A stretch of DNA of 64,000 bases from Antechinus flavipes. Its lineage: Eukaryota. The notes under the pieces were generated by a model. It was not told where the DNA came from and ran no database searches. It was given only the letters and a program-made list of their open reading frames with translations. The stretch covers positions 16,988,001 through 17,052,000 of the forward strand of contig NC_067398.1 of the NCBI RefSeq assembly GCF_016432865.1, in the 5' to 3' direction. Below are positions 34,861-48,030 of the stretch, in pieces. Position 1 is the first letter of the stretch; each line of letters starts with the position of its first letter. The position numbers and the translations under genes are program-made.

Positions 34861-37800
34861 CACAGGCCATCTCTTTTAGCTGGGGGCCACTGAAGTGCCC
34901 TTAGGAAGGTAATACTTATGTAATGGGGGACTGGCCACTGTGCCTTGTCTGCCTGAGTATGAACAGAATGCCATTGATGTAATCTCCCACCTGGAAGAGG
35001 CTAAAAAGTCAAAAGAAGCACCTGGGAGAGATCTGGAGAACGTACAGATGTCGAGTCTGTTTCTTGTCCAGAGTGGGAAGGAGCAGCCTCTTTGTCTGGC
35101 TCTGTAGCCCAAAGCACAAGTTGGCTGCTTGTTGGGTTGGTCAACTTGGTTGGCCATCCCACTTCTTCCCGGCTGGTGAGGGAAGAGGCCCAGGACGAGG
35201 TCTTGGACCCTCCTGCTCCAGGACAATATTTGAACCACAAAATCAGGCCTAAGTTCTTTACCAGGGATTTTTTTTTTTTTTTACATGAAGGAATTAATCT
35301 GTATGCTATGACCTTGTGAATTTTGAAGGTCAGGAGAATGACCTCTGAACCTCAGAACCAGGAGTCCAAGAGTCAAGTTCATGATAGGTTTTATATTCTA
35401 GCTTCCATACCTTGAGGAGCAGGGAGTGACCCTTGTGGCCTAACTCAGCAGCGCCTTGTTTAGATTTTAATTTGGTCTGACCTATGCTAAAATTGCTAAT
35501 CCTAAGCCCATTCTCCCCAGGGTCTGAGGAAAAAAATATACTCCCATAGTGGGAAATGGGGAGAGAAGCGTTTGTACTTCTGGTTTTCTTTTTCTTTTTT
35601 TCTTTTTTCTTTTCTTTTTTTTTTTTTTTTTAACTATTTCTGACAATAAATATCCCTTTACAAGAGCTAATTGAGGTTAATTGGTTAAATGGAATTAGGT
35701 TGAGAGTCACTGGCAGTTAACTTTAGGGGGGGGCACATCTGGAATGGGGGCTTGAGGTGACAGCATTTGAGAAAAGACACATCAATCTCTCAGAAGTACC
35801 CCCTAGAACCCTGAAGGGGCAAAAATAGCTAAACTAATTCTGGGACCGTGAGCTTTGGGGACTCACTACATTTATTATCACTTAGCATAAATGAATTTCA
35901 GATCCTTTCTGGTTTTCATTGTCTTCTCGACCAAAAAAACCTCCCACCCACTCTGTATTTTTCTCATATATACCTAATTGTTTACACATTGTCTCCTTCC
36001 ATTCAAATGTGGACTCCTTGAGAGCAGACTGTTTCTGCCTTTCTTTGGGCTCAGCAGAGTGCTGGTATATAGTAGGTGCTTAATAAATGTTTATTGAGTA
36101 TCTGACCCATTGTAAGCACTTAATAAACATTTGCTCTCTGGCTGCTGACTGTAGGTAGCCAATGGAAGTTAGTACCGACTGGATTTTTTTTATTTTTAAG
36201 TTGTTTTTTAGACTTGTGATTTCACCCTTGGAGGTAAATCCCTCTACCAATCCAGGTCAGCACTTTCTCTGTAACTTAGACTCAGAGAGAGACACTAGCA
36301 GCACTTAGCATTGAAGTGACTTGTCTAGGGTCACACAGCCTGACGTCTCAATCTTCTTGATTCTGACATTGCTTTTGAGCTAGTCCGAGGGAGAGAAATT
36401 TCTGAGCACACATGAACGTAGCCATTCCAGGTAAACCCCATGAAAAGTTACTCCGTGCTTCCACAAGAGTTTTTGGAGTGTCCCTTACGCTCAGAGCCCA
36501 GAGTACGGGGAGTAGCGAGCCCCCCAGAATCCCAGTCTCATTCGCCCCACAATAAAGCACTGGAGCCTCTCAGTTGGAGGTACAGCTAGCTTAACTAACA
36601 GACAATATCTCTGTTATTAAAAATACAATTTGTATTTTTTAATGTAAAATAACCCTCCTTGCCTCCCCATTTGTGGATGGCTCCTTGAGGGGCTGACCCC
36701 CTTGCCCAGCCTCAGTAGCGTCCGCTCTTGGCCCAACCCCACTGGTCCCGGTTCCTTAAACCATCGCTGCTGAACTCCCAAATCCAAGAGAAATAGCCTC
36801 CAAGCCACTTCTTGTTTTCTTATCAGAGGAGAGCTCACTTGAGTTTCTGTTTCCAAATACTTTACTGCCTCAAGGATCTGCAATTTCCTGGGTGTGAGTA
36901 GCCTTTCCTTCCACACAGAGAGAGATAGCAGCCCCTCTGAGTCCCAGGGCTTTGAGACTTGAAAGGGTCATTCCCCTGTTTCTAGTCAGTCAGTAAATAT
37001 TTATTGAGCATTTATTATGACCGGGCACTGGGCCAAAGCGCTGCAGAAAGGAAAGGCAAAAGGCGGACCTTTCTCCTCCCGAATTCCGAATCTAATGGCT
37101 GGAGACACATCCTGTACAGATCAGCTGGACTCAGGCTAACCGGCAGCAGAGGGAATTAAGAGGGATTGGGAAAGGCTTCCTGTAGAAGGTGGGATCTGGG
37201 CTTGGATTTGAAGGAAGCCAGGAAAGGTGGAGAGCCGGGCTGCTGGGGAAGGAACTTCTCCTATTTGGCCAAGTTGGATCCAGGCAAATGTGCGATTAAT
37301 CCATCCCAGGCCGGAACGCGGGCGTTCCAGCTGGTGGAAGGCACCAGACCGCACCTCCCCGGCCAGATGAGCCATCGGGACAGGATTTCGGTGCAGATGA
37401 TTCCAAACGTGGCCGTGTGAAAGCGGAGCTTTGTTCCGCAGAGGTCCAGGACCCCACAAGTTCAAGGCGCCCATTATTTCTGGCTGCCGAACCACCTACA
37501 GAGACAGTGAGCGGCCATTGTTTTAGGAGACAGCAGGGCTTGGGCTGCTTCGGTTTAAAATTGGGCCCCAGCACTGGTTTCTTCAGGGTGGGCATCTGTT
37601 GCTAAGTGTGGGTCAGCAGAGTCTGAGAGAGTTGCCAGGATCTCCGAGATGGGCAACATCTTGTACCAAAGAACAAAAAAGGAAAGAAGATTAGTAAAAA
37701 TTAGCCGAGACAGTAAACAAGTGTGTGATTACCGGCTCCCCATGGTCCTTAAGGATTATGAAGGGCAAAGAAGGAAGAGAAATCTCTTTTGATAGCTCTT

Positions 37801-38267
37801 CTCCAGGCCAAAGGCGCTGATGATACTTGTATAGCATTCAGATTTTTTTTTTCTATTTACATTGTTACAGTCACTGTGTATGTAATAAAAACCCATATAT
37901 AAAAAGTGCAATCTAGAAATAGCAGGCCCACAAGGGGGTCAGGGTAAATATTGGTGGCAAAGGCAAATACTGGCGACAGGTAAGAGTAATCCCCAAACTT
38001 GAAAACATCCTTCCCCACAGGCCAGCTGCTCCAAGAGGAAATGGAAGTCCTTGGTAAACACCGGCAAGGAGTCCAAAAGGCACCAATAGGGTGCCCACCA
38101 AAAGAGTTTCCCTTCTCTCTCTGCTTCTTAATCAGCTTGTAGAATTACATAATCTAGAGATTAAAAAAAAAATTCTCACACCCTGACCCCTCTCTCTACT
38201 TAGTACTTTTTCTTCTTATCCTTTTGAGCTGGCAGAGAACTAGGACTGCACAGTAGCCAAAATCTTT

Positions 38268-40518
38268 TTTTTGTTGTTGTTGTTTGTTTATTTTTAATAC
38301 ATATTGTTTTGTGAATTATGTTGGGAGAGAAAAATCAGAGCAAAAGGGAAAAACCATGGGAGAAATTAAAAAAAAAAAAAACCAACAACAGAAAAAAAGA
38401 AGTGAACCTAGCTGATTTCCATTGTCTTCTTTCTTTCTCTGGTTGCAAATGGCACTTTTTGTCCAGGGTCTATTGGGATTGCTTTGGGCCACTGAACTAC
38501 TGAGAAGAACCAAGCATAATCCTGCTCTTATTGTTTACAATGTATTCCCGGTTAAATTTATTTATTTTTAATAAACATTTGTTTAAGAATTATATTGGGA
38601 GAGAAAAACTAGAGCAAAAGGAAAAACCATGGAGAGATTTAAAAAAAGAAAAAAAAAACCCAGAAAAAAAGAAATGAACATAGCAAGTGTTGATTTACAT
38701 TCAGACTCCTTAGTTCTTTTTCTGGTTACAGATGGTAGTTTCTGTCCAAAGTTTATTGGGATTGCGTGGATCACTGAGCCACTGAGAAGAACCAAGTCTT
38801 TCATAGTTGATCACACATTCTTGCTTTTACTGTGTACAAAGTATTCCTGGTTCTGATTGTTTCGCTCAGCATCTGTTCAGNNNNNNNNNNNNNNNNNNNN
38901 NNNNNNNNNNNNNNNNNNNNNNNNNNNNNNNNNNNNNNNNNNNNNNNNNNNNNNNNNNNNNNNNNNNNNNNNNNNNNNNNNNNNNNNNNNNNNNNNNNNN
39001 NNNNNNNNNNNNNNNNNNNNNNNNNNNNNNNNNNNNTGACAGAATCCATGCCAGGATAATTTTTACACGACATTATCCCTTGCAATCACTTATGTTTCGT
39101 TTTTTTCCCTCCCTCCCTCCTCCCCCCCCCCCCCCAGGATGGCAAGCAGTCCTATATATGTTAAATATGTTGCAGTATATCCTAGATACAATACATATTT
39201 GCAGAACCGAACAGTTCTCTTGCTGCACAGGGAGAATTGGATTCAGAAGGTAAAAATAACTCGGGAAGAAAAACAAAGATGCAGATAGTTCACATTCATT
39301 TCCCAGTGTTCCTTCTTTGGGTGTAGCTGTTTCTGTCCATCATTTCTCCAATGAAACTCAGTTAAGTCTCTTTGTCAGAGAAATCCACTTCCATCAGAAT
39401 ACATCCTCATACAATATCGTTGTCGAAGTGTATAATGATCTCCTGGTTCTGCTCATTTCACTTAGCATCAGTCCATGTAGGTCTCTCCAAGCCTCTCTGT
39501 ATTCATCCTGCTGGTCATTCCTTACAGAGCAATAATATTCCATAACATTCATATACCACAATTTACCCAGCCATTCTCCCATTGATGGGCATCCATTCAT
39601 TTTCCAGTTTCTAGCCACTACAAACAGGGCTGCTACAAACATTTTGGCACATACAGGTCCCCTTCCCTTTTTTAGCACCTCTTTGGGGTATAAGCCCAAT
39701 AGAAACACTGCTGGATCAAAGGGTATGCACAGTTTGATAACTTTTTGGGCATAGTTCCAAATTGCTCTCCAGAATGGCTGGATTCGTTCACAATTCCACC
39801 AACAATGCATCAGTGTCCCCGTTTTCCCGCATCCCCTCCAACATTCATCATTATTTTTTCCTGTCATCTTAGCCAATCTGACAGGTGTGTAGTGATATCT
39901 CAGAGTTGTCTTAATTTGCATTTCTCTGATCAATAGTGATTTGGAACACTCTTTCATATGAGTGGTAATAGTTTCAATTTCTTCATCTGAAAATTGTCTG
40001 TTCATATCCTTTGACCATTTATCAATTGGAGAATGGCTTGATTTTTTATAAATTTGAGTCAGTTCTCTATATATTTTGGAAATGAGGCCTTTATCAGAAC
40101 CTTTAATTGTAAAGATGTTTTCCCAGTTTGTTACTTCCCTACTAATCTTGTTTGCATTCGTTCTGTTTGTACAAAGGCTTTTTAATTTGATATAATCAAA
40201 ATTTTCTATTTTGTGATTGGTAATGGTCTCTAGTTCATCTTTGGTCACAAATTTCTTTCTCCTCCACAAGTCTGAGAGATAAACTATCCTATGTTCCTCT
40301 AATTTATTTATAATCTCGTTCTTTATGCCTAGGTCATGGACCCATTTTGATCTTATCTTGGTATGTGGTGTTAAGTGTGGTCCTTGTCTCCAGGCCTTTT
40401 TAAAATCAGCTTGTCCATCATTTTTTATAGAACAATAACATTCTATTACCTTCATGTACCACAACTCGTTCAGCCATTCCCCATTTGATGGGCATCCATT
40501 CCTTTTTCAGTTCTTTGC
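38268..40518 (-). mobile_element. Composite/nested L1 block flanked by one 17-bp TSD
   Basis: TSD cagtagccaaaatcttt at 38251-38267 and 40519-40535. Inside are two related older L1 3' ends (~38268-38550, ~38551-38880), a gap, a younger L1 (39037-~40384) and an older-type ORF2 piece (~40385-40518). Confidence 0.8.
39394..40384 (-). mobile_element. L1 ORF2 C-terminal fragment (cysteine-rich domain), 5'-truncated
   Basis: About 330 uninterrupted codons: HLTPHTKIRSKW...LISKIYREL...MQIKTTLRYHYTPVR...CWRGCGKTGTLMHCWWNC...PFDPAV.LLGLYP; no RT core or endonuclease present. Confidence 0.97.
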
Positions 40519-41759
40519 CAGTAGCCAAAATCTTTATGATCTAGGGAAAGTCTTCGGGTCCAGTTCCTCAGGGAGGTTCTAGCTGGGGATTCCCCCTCCT
40601 TCCGGATTCCCCAGTTTGCCAACCTCCATCACCTTGACTAACACAATGCATGAGACGCAAGAGTTACCAATTTCTTTACATAACAATGGAATAAACGGTA
40701 GCAAGAGTCAGGACAAAAGCTGAAGGAAGAAAGAAGAGTTGGTGAAAGGACTGACCCGTACATTTATTTTGTTGAAAATGATTATTTTTATATTATATAT
40801 TATTATATCATTATAACTAAATTTATATTTATTTATATTATTACATCAAAATAACTAATGCACAAAAATAATTAATCTGTTTTTACATCAGACAAAGACC
40901 TCTCCTGGCAGGAACGTAGCTTCTCCTGCTCAGTCTTTTGGCCTTTTAGTGACTGCCAAGGAATAGTTCCGTGAAAAAGTGAGCATCGCTCCCAGCTCTG
41001 AGGCAAAGAGGGCAGCGCGGAGTTCATCTCGGCTAATCATCACTGAGCTGCGATGGACACCACTGTAGGGAAGAGCCGTCCCCGCTCCAGCAGAGTCCGG
41101 GAGGCCCACGTAGAGCTGTCAGCACCTCCACCACCAGGGACAGAGGAAAGGAAGTGGTCAGGTCTGCAAGCTGCCTCATGCAAAGATGGAGGAGGACCCA
41201 TTTCTCGCCCTCTTGGTCTGGCTTCCTCCAGCCTCCTTCCTCCCACATCCCCCCGGAACACACCCAGAAGCCCCCTAGTGTGGCGATGTCAGTGGCGGCT
41301 GGAATCCTAGGAAAGCGTCCCCATCTCCACGGTTATTCATATTCCTACACAGTTACACCTGTATGTTTTTCTCTCCCAGTTACCTCACTTTGTGTCCCTT
41401 CATACAACATTCCCAGGCTTCTTCGAAACCTTTCTATTTATCGCTTCTTATGGCCCAGTAATATTCCATGAGATCCCTGTCCCTGACTGGTTTAGCCCCG
41501 GCTGATGGATATCGGCTTTATTGGCTCTTTCTTGTTATCAGAAAAAAGCAGTCATGACTCTTTTCGTGTATTGAGGGCCTTCTTTCGATCTTATCTATTT
41601 GGAGTACGTGCTCCACAGAGGGAGCTCTGGGTCAAGGGGTATAGACAATTTAGTCACTTTCTTTAGCCTGATTCCAAGTGGCTCTCCAGAATCGTTGGAC
41701 CAAATCACAGACATTTCTTATATTCTGTAATCACCAACGATAAACTCTTGGAAAATTTT

Positions 41760-42287
41760 ATTTTTAAAAAAAATTTTTATTATAGCTTTTTATTTCCAAG
41801 ATAATGCATGGGTAATTTTTCAACATTGACTGTTGCAAAACCTTCTGTTCTAACTTTTCCCCTCCTTTCCCCCTGCCCGCTCCGCTAGATGGCAGGCAGT
41901 CCCATACATGTTAAATATGTTCAAGTATATGTTAAATACAATATATGTATACATTTTTATACAGTTATCTGGCTGCACAAGAAAAATCGGATCAAGAGAA
42001 AAAATTGAGAAAGAAAACAAAATGCAAACAAACAACAACAGAAAGAGTGAAAATGCCATGTTGTGGTCCACTCTCAGTTCCCACAGTCTGGGGGCAGACG
42101 GCTCTCTCCATCACAGGTTCATTGGAACTGGCCTGAATCATCTCACTGTTGAAGAGAGCCACGCCCATCAGAATTGAGCATCATATAGTCTTCTTGTTGC
42201 CGTGTACAATGATCTCCTGGTTCTGTTCACTTCCCTCAGCATCAGTTCGTGTCAGTCTCCGCAGCCTCTCTGAAATCCTCCCGCTGA
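41760..42287 (-). mobile_element. L1 3'UTR plus ORF2 end
   Basis: tattatagctttttatttccaag...ctagatggcaggcag...gtacaatgatctcctggttctg; possible short TSD ttggaaaa (41748-41755 / 42288-42295). Confidence 0.85.
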
Positions 42288-43059
42288 TTGGAAAAAAGTT
42301 CTTTTCCCAATGACTCAGAACAAATAAAATTCACTAAAGATATATTTAATAAAATGACTAGTTCTTTGTCTTACTGAACTTCTTTGTGACCTTCGGGTTA
42401 GAGGTGACATTCAGGTGTTAGTCATTCATTTATTAAACATTTATTAATTAAGCATCTGTTATGTGCCAAGGACTGGGAGAGCTGCAAAATTTACCTCCCT
42501 CCCTGCTGCTTTCATTCAAATAGGGACATAGTGCACAGACACAAATAATTATAATATACACTAGTCTGGGGCAAATCCATCAGAGAGGAATCAAATAATT
42601 ACACTGTATTCTGCTGAGGGGAGTGGTCCTTACCAGGGTTGCAATGATGGGAAGGAGAAGGGACGGTGGGCCGCAGTGAGCGGGGAGGGAGAGGGGACGG
42701 TGGGCTCTAGTGAGCAAGGAAAGAAGTACCATTTGAAATGGGCTCTAAAGGACATGTAGAATTCTTGTGTCCAGAAGAGGGAAATTGGAGGAATCCCATG
42801 AGACAGGAGAAGCACTGGGAGCTCATCAGATCTAGCTTCCCTTCTCTGATGGAGCCAGGGAAAATAAGTTTAGAGCCAGCTCTAGTCAGAGTACAAACCA
42901 ATCATCCAAACAAGTAGGAAAGAACTTTTCCTTGTGAATATTCCCCAGCTATCCTGATTTCTTGTAAGGAGAGGTATCATGGAGAAGAAGAAAGAATCTT
43001 TAGGATTTCTGGGGATCTAGACTCCTGGGACTCTCCTAACCCAGCTTAGAGAGGATGTA

Positions 43060-43555
43060 AAAATGAACTGGATAGAGTTGGAAGAGCTGAGTTCAGATAC
43101 AAGTTGTGTGATCCCAGGGAAGCCATTTGACCCTGCTATGCCCCAGTTTCCCCATCTGTAATATGAGCTGGAGAAGGAACTATCAAACCACTCCAGTGTC
43201 TTTGTCAAGAAAACCTCAGATGGGACTGTGGGAACTGAATGTGGATCACAACACAGCATTTTCACTTCTTTTGTTGTTGTTCGTTTGCATTTTGTTTTCT
43301 TCCTCATTTTTTCTTTATTTTGGATCAGTTTTTTCTTGTGCAACACAATAATTGTATAAATATGTCTGCCTATATTGGATTTACGTGTATTTTTACCACG
43401 TTTAACGTATATTGGATCCTTGCCATCTAGGGCAGGGGGTAAGGGGAAGGTGGGGAAAAATTGGAACACAAGATTTTGCCAGGGTCAGTGTTAAAAAAAT
43501 TATCCTTGCATATGTTTTGATAATAAAAAACTTCAATTTAAAAAAAAAGAAAGAA
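43060..43555 (+). mobile_element. MAR1-type SINE joined to an L1 3' end
   Basis: ...ggagaaggaactatcaaaccactccagtgtctttgtcaagaaaacctca then gggaactgaatgtggatcacaac...gccatctagggcagggg...aataaaaaacttcaatttAn. Confidence 0.75.
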
Positions 43556-46054
43556 AAAGGAAAGATCACAAATAGTCAGACAGACAGAAATAATCAAAGA
43601 TCCCTTCTAGCCTTCAGTCAAAGGTCCTTTGATTTTCTGATCTTAACTCTCACTATAATCTCTGAGGTCCTCGGGATGTCCTAGAGAATGTGATAATCAA
43701 ATCCTTTTAGCCAGAAAGGGAATTGACTGTTTATCCCACTTGGGTAAGAGCTGGGAGGTGCAGGAGGCAAAGGTCAGAGCCGCCTGGCCTGGGTGGGGCT
43801 TCGCTGCTTATGGGGTAGGAGTCACTGAGAGGAAGTTTAGCAACATCCCCCCTCCTCCCCTTTTTCCCCCCATTCCCCACCCACCCTGGGGAGCAGGGGT
43901 TATCTCTGCCGTTCCTCCCTCAGCTTATGCCTAAGGGATCTGGGTCCTGCCCCAAAGCTGCACTCTGGGAATTGATGGGGTCCGGGAATGGGAGAGCATT
44001 CTCTTCCTCTTACTCACTGAGGAGCCAGATCTGTGAGAAGGGATGGGGGCGAACCCAGGAAAAGGGCAAGGCCCCGAATGAAAAATAGAAACTGGGACTT
44101 GCCATAAAAGAGAAAAAGAAGGTTTCGTCGCTGGATCGGAAGCCCGAGGAGCCGGGTTCGAATGCTAGCAGGAGTCTTTGTACTCCATCCTCCCACAATC
44201 CTGGCAGGCAATTGCCATTATCACTTCCATTTTCTAGTTGAGGAAGGAGGCAAACAGAGGTTGTGTCTTGTGTGGAGTCACAGGGATTCTGGGGCCAGAT
44301 TGGATACAGGACTCCTTGACCAGGAGTCCAGCTCTCTGTCCTCTGCCCTACCTCGTGGCTGCCTCTTAGTGCTTGTGTTCCCTTGGGCCTCAGTTTCTTC
44401 ATCTGTAAAATGAAGCAGTTCGATTATTTAGTTGGCTTTGGAGGTCCCTTCCAGCCTTAAATCCAGAAGCTCCTTGAAAGCGAGCATCATTTCATTCTTT
44501 GCATATGTGTACCTGCTTAATTAATAATCACTGATTAATTTCAAACTGCCAATATTTGCAGAGGAAAACCCCCCTGGCGTTTCTCACTTTAAATCAGAAG
44601 CTCCTAGAAACTGCCATTGGAGTTCTTTGGCAAAGCCCATGGATATCTTCTTAGTATCCTGATGCATAAAATGAAGGAGGATTACAAAATAAATCTGATT
44701 TACTCATAATAGTTACCAAAAAACCCTTTTTTAAAGATATCAAGCTCTCAGACTCCCAGGTTAAGAGACTCAGTTTTGGAAACATTAACTCATTTTGTCC
44801 TCATCACAATCCTGAGAGGTAGATGTGATTACTCTCATTTTAGGGATGTGGAAAATGAGCTCATTTACTAACTTTGGAACCATGGGCAAGTCACAACTTT
44901 TCTGGGCCTAGTTTCCTTATATGTAAAGGGAGGAGATTAAACTAAAAAAGATTAAAGGTCTCCGAGATCCTTTCCAATTCTAACTCTATGATTCTCTGAA
45001 CCTGTGTACTTATTTGCACAGTATTATAGTGTAGTTTTAAAATGTCTGACTCATGGATTCTATAACCCCTTTTTATTGCATATAAATGAATATAGTTTTG
45101 TTTCTTAAAATTTTATAACAGTCAGTGCTAACCTTTCCCCCTTCAGGTCATGTAAAAAAGTCAATGTTGCTTGCTATAGAACGGATACATGCACACATAT
45201 GTATGTATATGAAGGAATACATACATTTATATGGAGCTATTTGAAAAGAAATGCTTTTAATCCTCCATTAATATTTTTTGTGTATTAGAAGTTGAATTCT
45301 CCTTTTCTAGGCAACCTGAGCTAGCATTTTCCAGATAGGGTCTCAAGGTAAAGAAATCTATATGGATATTTTTAAGCTTTTTGATTCCTCACTTAAGAGA
45401 ATAACCCAGGACCATTCTCTTACCATTTACTAGGTAATTTAAAAGACACTTGGCGGGTGTCCTGTAAATATTAATTGCCTTTTGCTTCTCTTTTTAAAAT
45501 CAGCCCAAGCAGGTATCCTCCTTTTTTTCCCAATGTCCCCATAAATAAAGTGTTTCTTTGGGCCTAGAAAGCCTGAGAGCATCATAGCATCAGAGATAAG
45601 ACCCTTCATATCACCTCCCCTTTTTTAGCCAAAAGCAGAAGTACCCTGATTTCCTCAAGGATGGCTTTTCTTGAATTAACCAGGGTATATTTCATTCTTT
45701 TATGTTCACCTCCCACAAGCAATTTCTTCACTAAAAGTCTTCAAATCATGGATTCACAAGCACAAGAATCAAGAAAAAAGCTTGATTCTCTACCAGTCAT
45801 TGTCTACGAAGTCCAGAAAAGGAGGGAGCATCTGGGATACCTAGCAGAGAGGAGGCACAAAGAGCAAGTGGAGAAGCCATTTCTGAAGCTGCTGTACCAT
45901 CATCCCAATTTGGATACCCGTTTGGAGGGCTACAGCGTTCCACTCCCAATCTCTAGCCCTCCTGGGGCTTTGTTTAACTGCGTGGAATATCCTTCAATAA
46001 ATCTTTTTTTGGTCACATCAATTCTAAGTGTAACCCTTTTTCTTTTCCTTCTAG

Positions 46055-46126
46055 CATGGATGTTGAGTTGCCATGGACGTTGAGTTGCCATGGACGTTGA
46101 GTTGCCATGGATGTTGAGTTGCCATG
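46055..46126. repeat. 17-bp tandem repeat, 4.2 copies
   Basis: CATGGA(T/C)GTTGAGTTGC at 46055, 46072, 46089 and 46106. Confidence 0.97.
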
Positions 46127-46604
46127 TAACCACTCATTTAGAGAAGCTTTTGATGCTCAATGTAGGAACTCATAGATAGAGGCTACAACTGTTGTAAACT
46201 TCCACAGTCTAATAGGTTCCAGGGGTGAGATGACTTTGTGCTATCTCAGACCCTGGGAGAGATATGAAAGAACAAACATAGTGGCAGAGATTATCTCTGT
46301 CTTTTGTGCTTTGTGACTTTAATCCAAACTTGCTTCTTCAGGTTGTTCTTAAAGATAGATATGGGGAAGAGTAGATTTCTGGAGATGACATTCAGTGATT
46401 AAAAAAGTTAAAGGGGACATAATGTATGGGATTCCAGAAATTCCAGCAGAGTTGATCTCAAAGATCCACTTCTCCTTCATAGTGTTTTCTGAGCATCTCT
46501 TATTCTAGACTTCTCTTAAGGGATGGACATTTTCTTAATGGGAATAGTCCATCCACCCTGTCAGAGCTCTTAAGTAAGAGACAGAAAAAGGTCTCTGCAC
46601 AGCA

Positions 46605-48030
46605 GCTGTGTGCTGGTAAATGTTTAGCAATGGAAAAAAAAATACACATGACACACTTTAAAGCTTAATTTGCAATTATTTACATTTTCTCTATCACTTT
46701 ATTTTTTAATTTTAATCCCCCCCACAATATATTGGAGATTAAGTATAATTTCCAATTGTATTTAAAGATAGTTTTCAACATTCATTTTTGTAAAATTTTT
46801 TCTTCCTCCCTCTCTTATCTTCTTCCCCACCCCAAGCAATCTGATATAGATTATAAGTGTACAATCTTTTAAAACATATTTCCATATTTGTCCTGTGGTG
46901 AAAGAACAAATTAGAAAAGAAAGGAAAAAAAAATGAGAAGGAAAAAACAAAACAAAAAAAAGAACATGAACATCATATGCTTTAATCCACACTCAGTTTC
47001 CATAGCTCTTCCTCTGGATGTGAATGACATTTTTCATCCCAAGTCTTTTGGAATTATCTTGGATGAATGCATTGCTGAGAAGAACTCAATTTATCATAGT
47101 TAATCACCACATTATCTTGCTGTTACTGTGCACAGTATTCTCCTGGTTCTGCCCACTTCATTCAGCATCAGTTCATATAATTCTTTCTAAGCTTTTCTAA
47201 AATCAGTCTATTATAAAATAATAATTTTCCATAACATTCATATACCATATCTCATTCAGCCATTCTCCAACTGATGGGCATCCACTCAGTTCCCAGTTTC
47301 TTGCCACTACAAAAAGAGCCGCCACAAACATTTTTGCACATGTGGTTCCTTTTCCCTCTTTTATGATTTCTTTGGGATACAGACCCAGTAGTGAGACTGC
47401 TGGATCAAAGGGTATGCACACTTTTATAGCCATTTGGGTATTTTTCCAAATTGTTCTCCAGAATGTTGGATCAATTCACAACTCCACTATCAATGTGTTA
47501 GTGTCCCAGTTTTCCCACATCCCCGACGACATTTATAATTATCTTTTCCTGTTAGCCAATCTGAGAGGTGTGAAGGAATATCTCCAAGCTGTCTTGATTT
47601 GCATTTCTTTAATCAATATTTGATTTAAAGTATTTTTCGTGTGAATATGAAAATTCATATTTTCATGATGAAATGGCTTTCATTTCTTCACCTGAAAATT
47701 TCCGTTCATATCCTTTGACCATTTATCAATGGGGGAATGATTCGTGTTCTTATAAATCTGACTCAATTCTCTCCACATATAATATTTATCAGAAACACTA
47801 GCTTTCTGCTTCCCTTCCAATCTTGGCTGCATTGCTTTTGTTTATGAAAACCCTTTTTAATTTAAAGTAATCAAAATGATCCATTTTGTATTTTATAATG
47901 TTCTCTAGTTCTTCTTTGGTCATATCTATCACTTTCCAAAATCTATCAATAAAATGATGACTCAAGTCCTGATTCAGAGAGTTGACTAATTTGTGAGATG
48001 TCATCTGACACTCAAAATTTAGAAAGAATC
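46605..48030. mobile_element. MER63-like hAT element split by an L1 (halves ~46605-46700 and ~47936-48030)
   Basis: tgtgtgctggtaaatgtttagc...ctttaaagcttaatttgcaattatttacattttctctatcacttt continues after the L1 as ...ctatcaataaaatgatgactcaagtcctgatt...cactcaaaattta; family name recalled, not searched. Confidence 0.5.
46701..47924 (-). mobile_element. Older, decayed L1 (ORF2 C-terminus plus 3'UTR) with TSD
   Basis: Broken ORF2 peptides (CIPFDPAVSLLGLYPKEI...MFVAALFVVARNW; FDYFKLK...NAAKIGREA). 11-bp TSD tctatcacttt at 46690-46700 and 47925-47935. Confidence 0.9.

Noticed and set aside
43420-43440. CTCF-like TGCCATCT(A/G)GGG in many L1 3'UTR copies, and CCGCCAGGGGACAC at 27733-27746
   Set aside because: Each mismatches a core position of the CTCF consensus; not supportable without PWM scoring or ChIP.
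45661-46083. 140-aa ORF with a charged middle and hydrophobic end
   Set aside because: No recognisable family, it ends in the 17-bp tandem repeat, and there is no retrocopy hallmark (poly(A) plus TSD).
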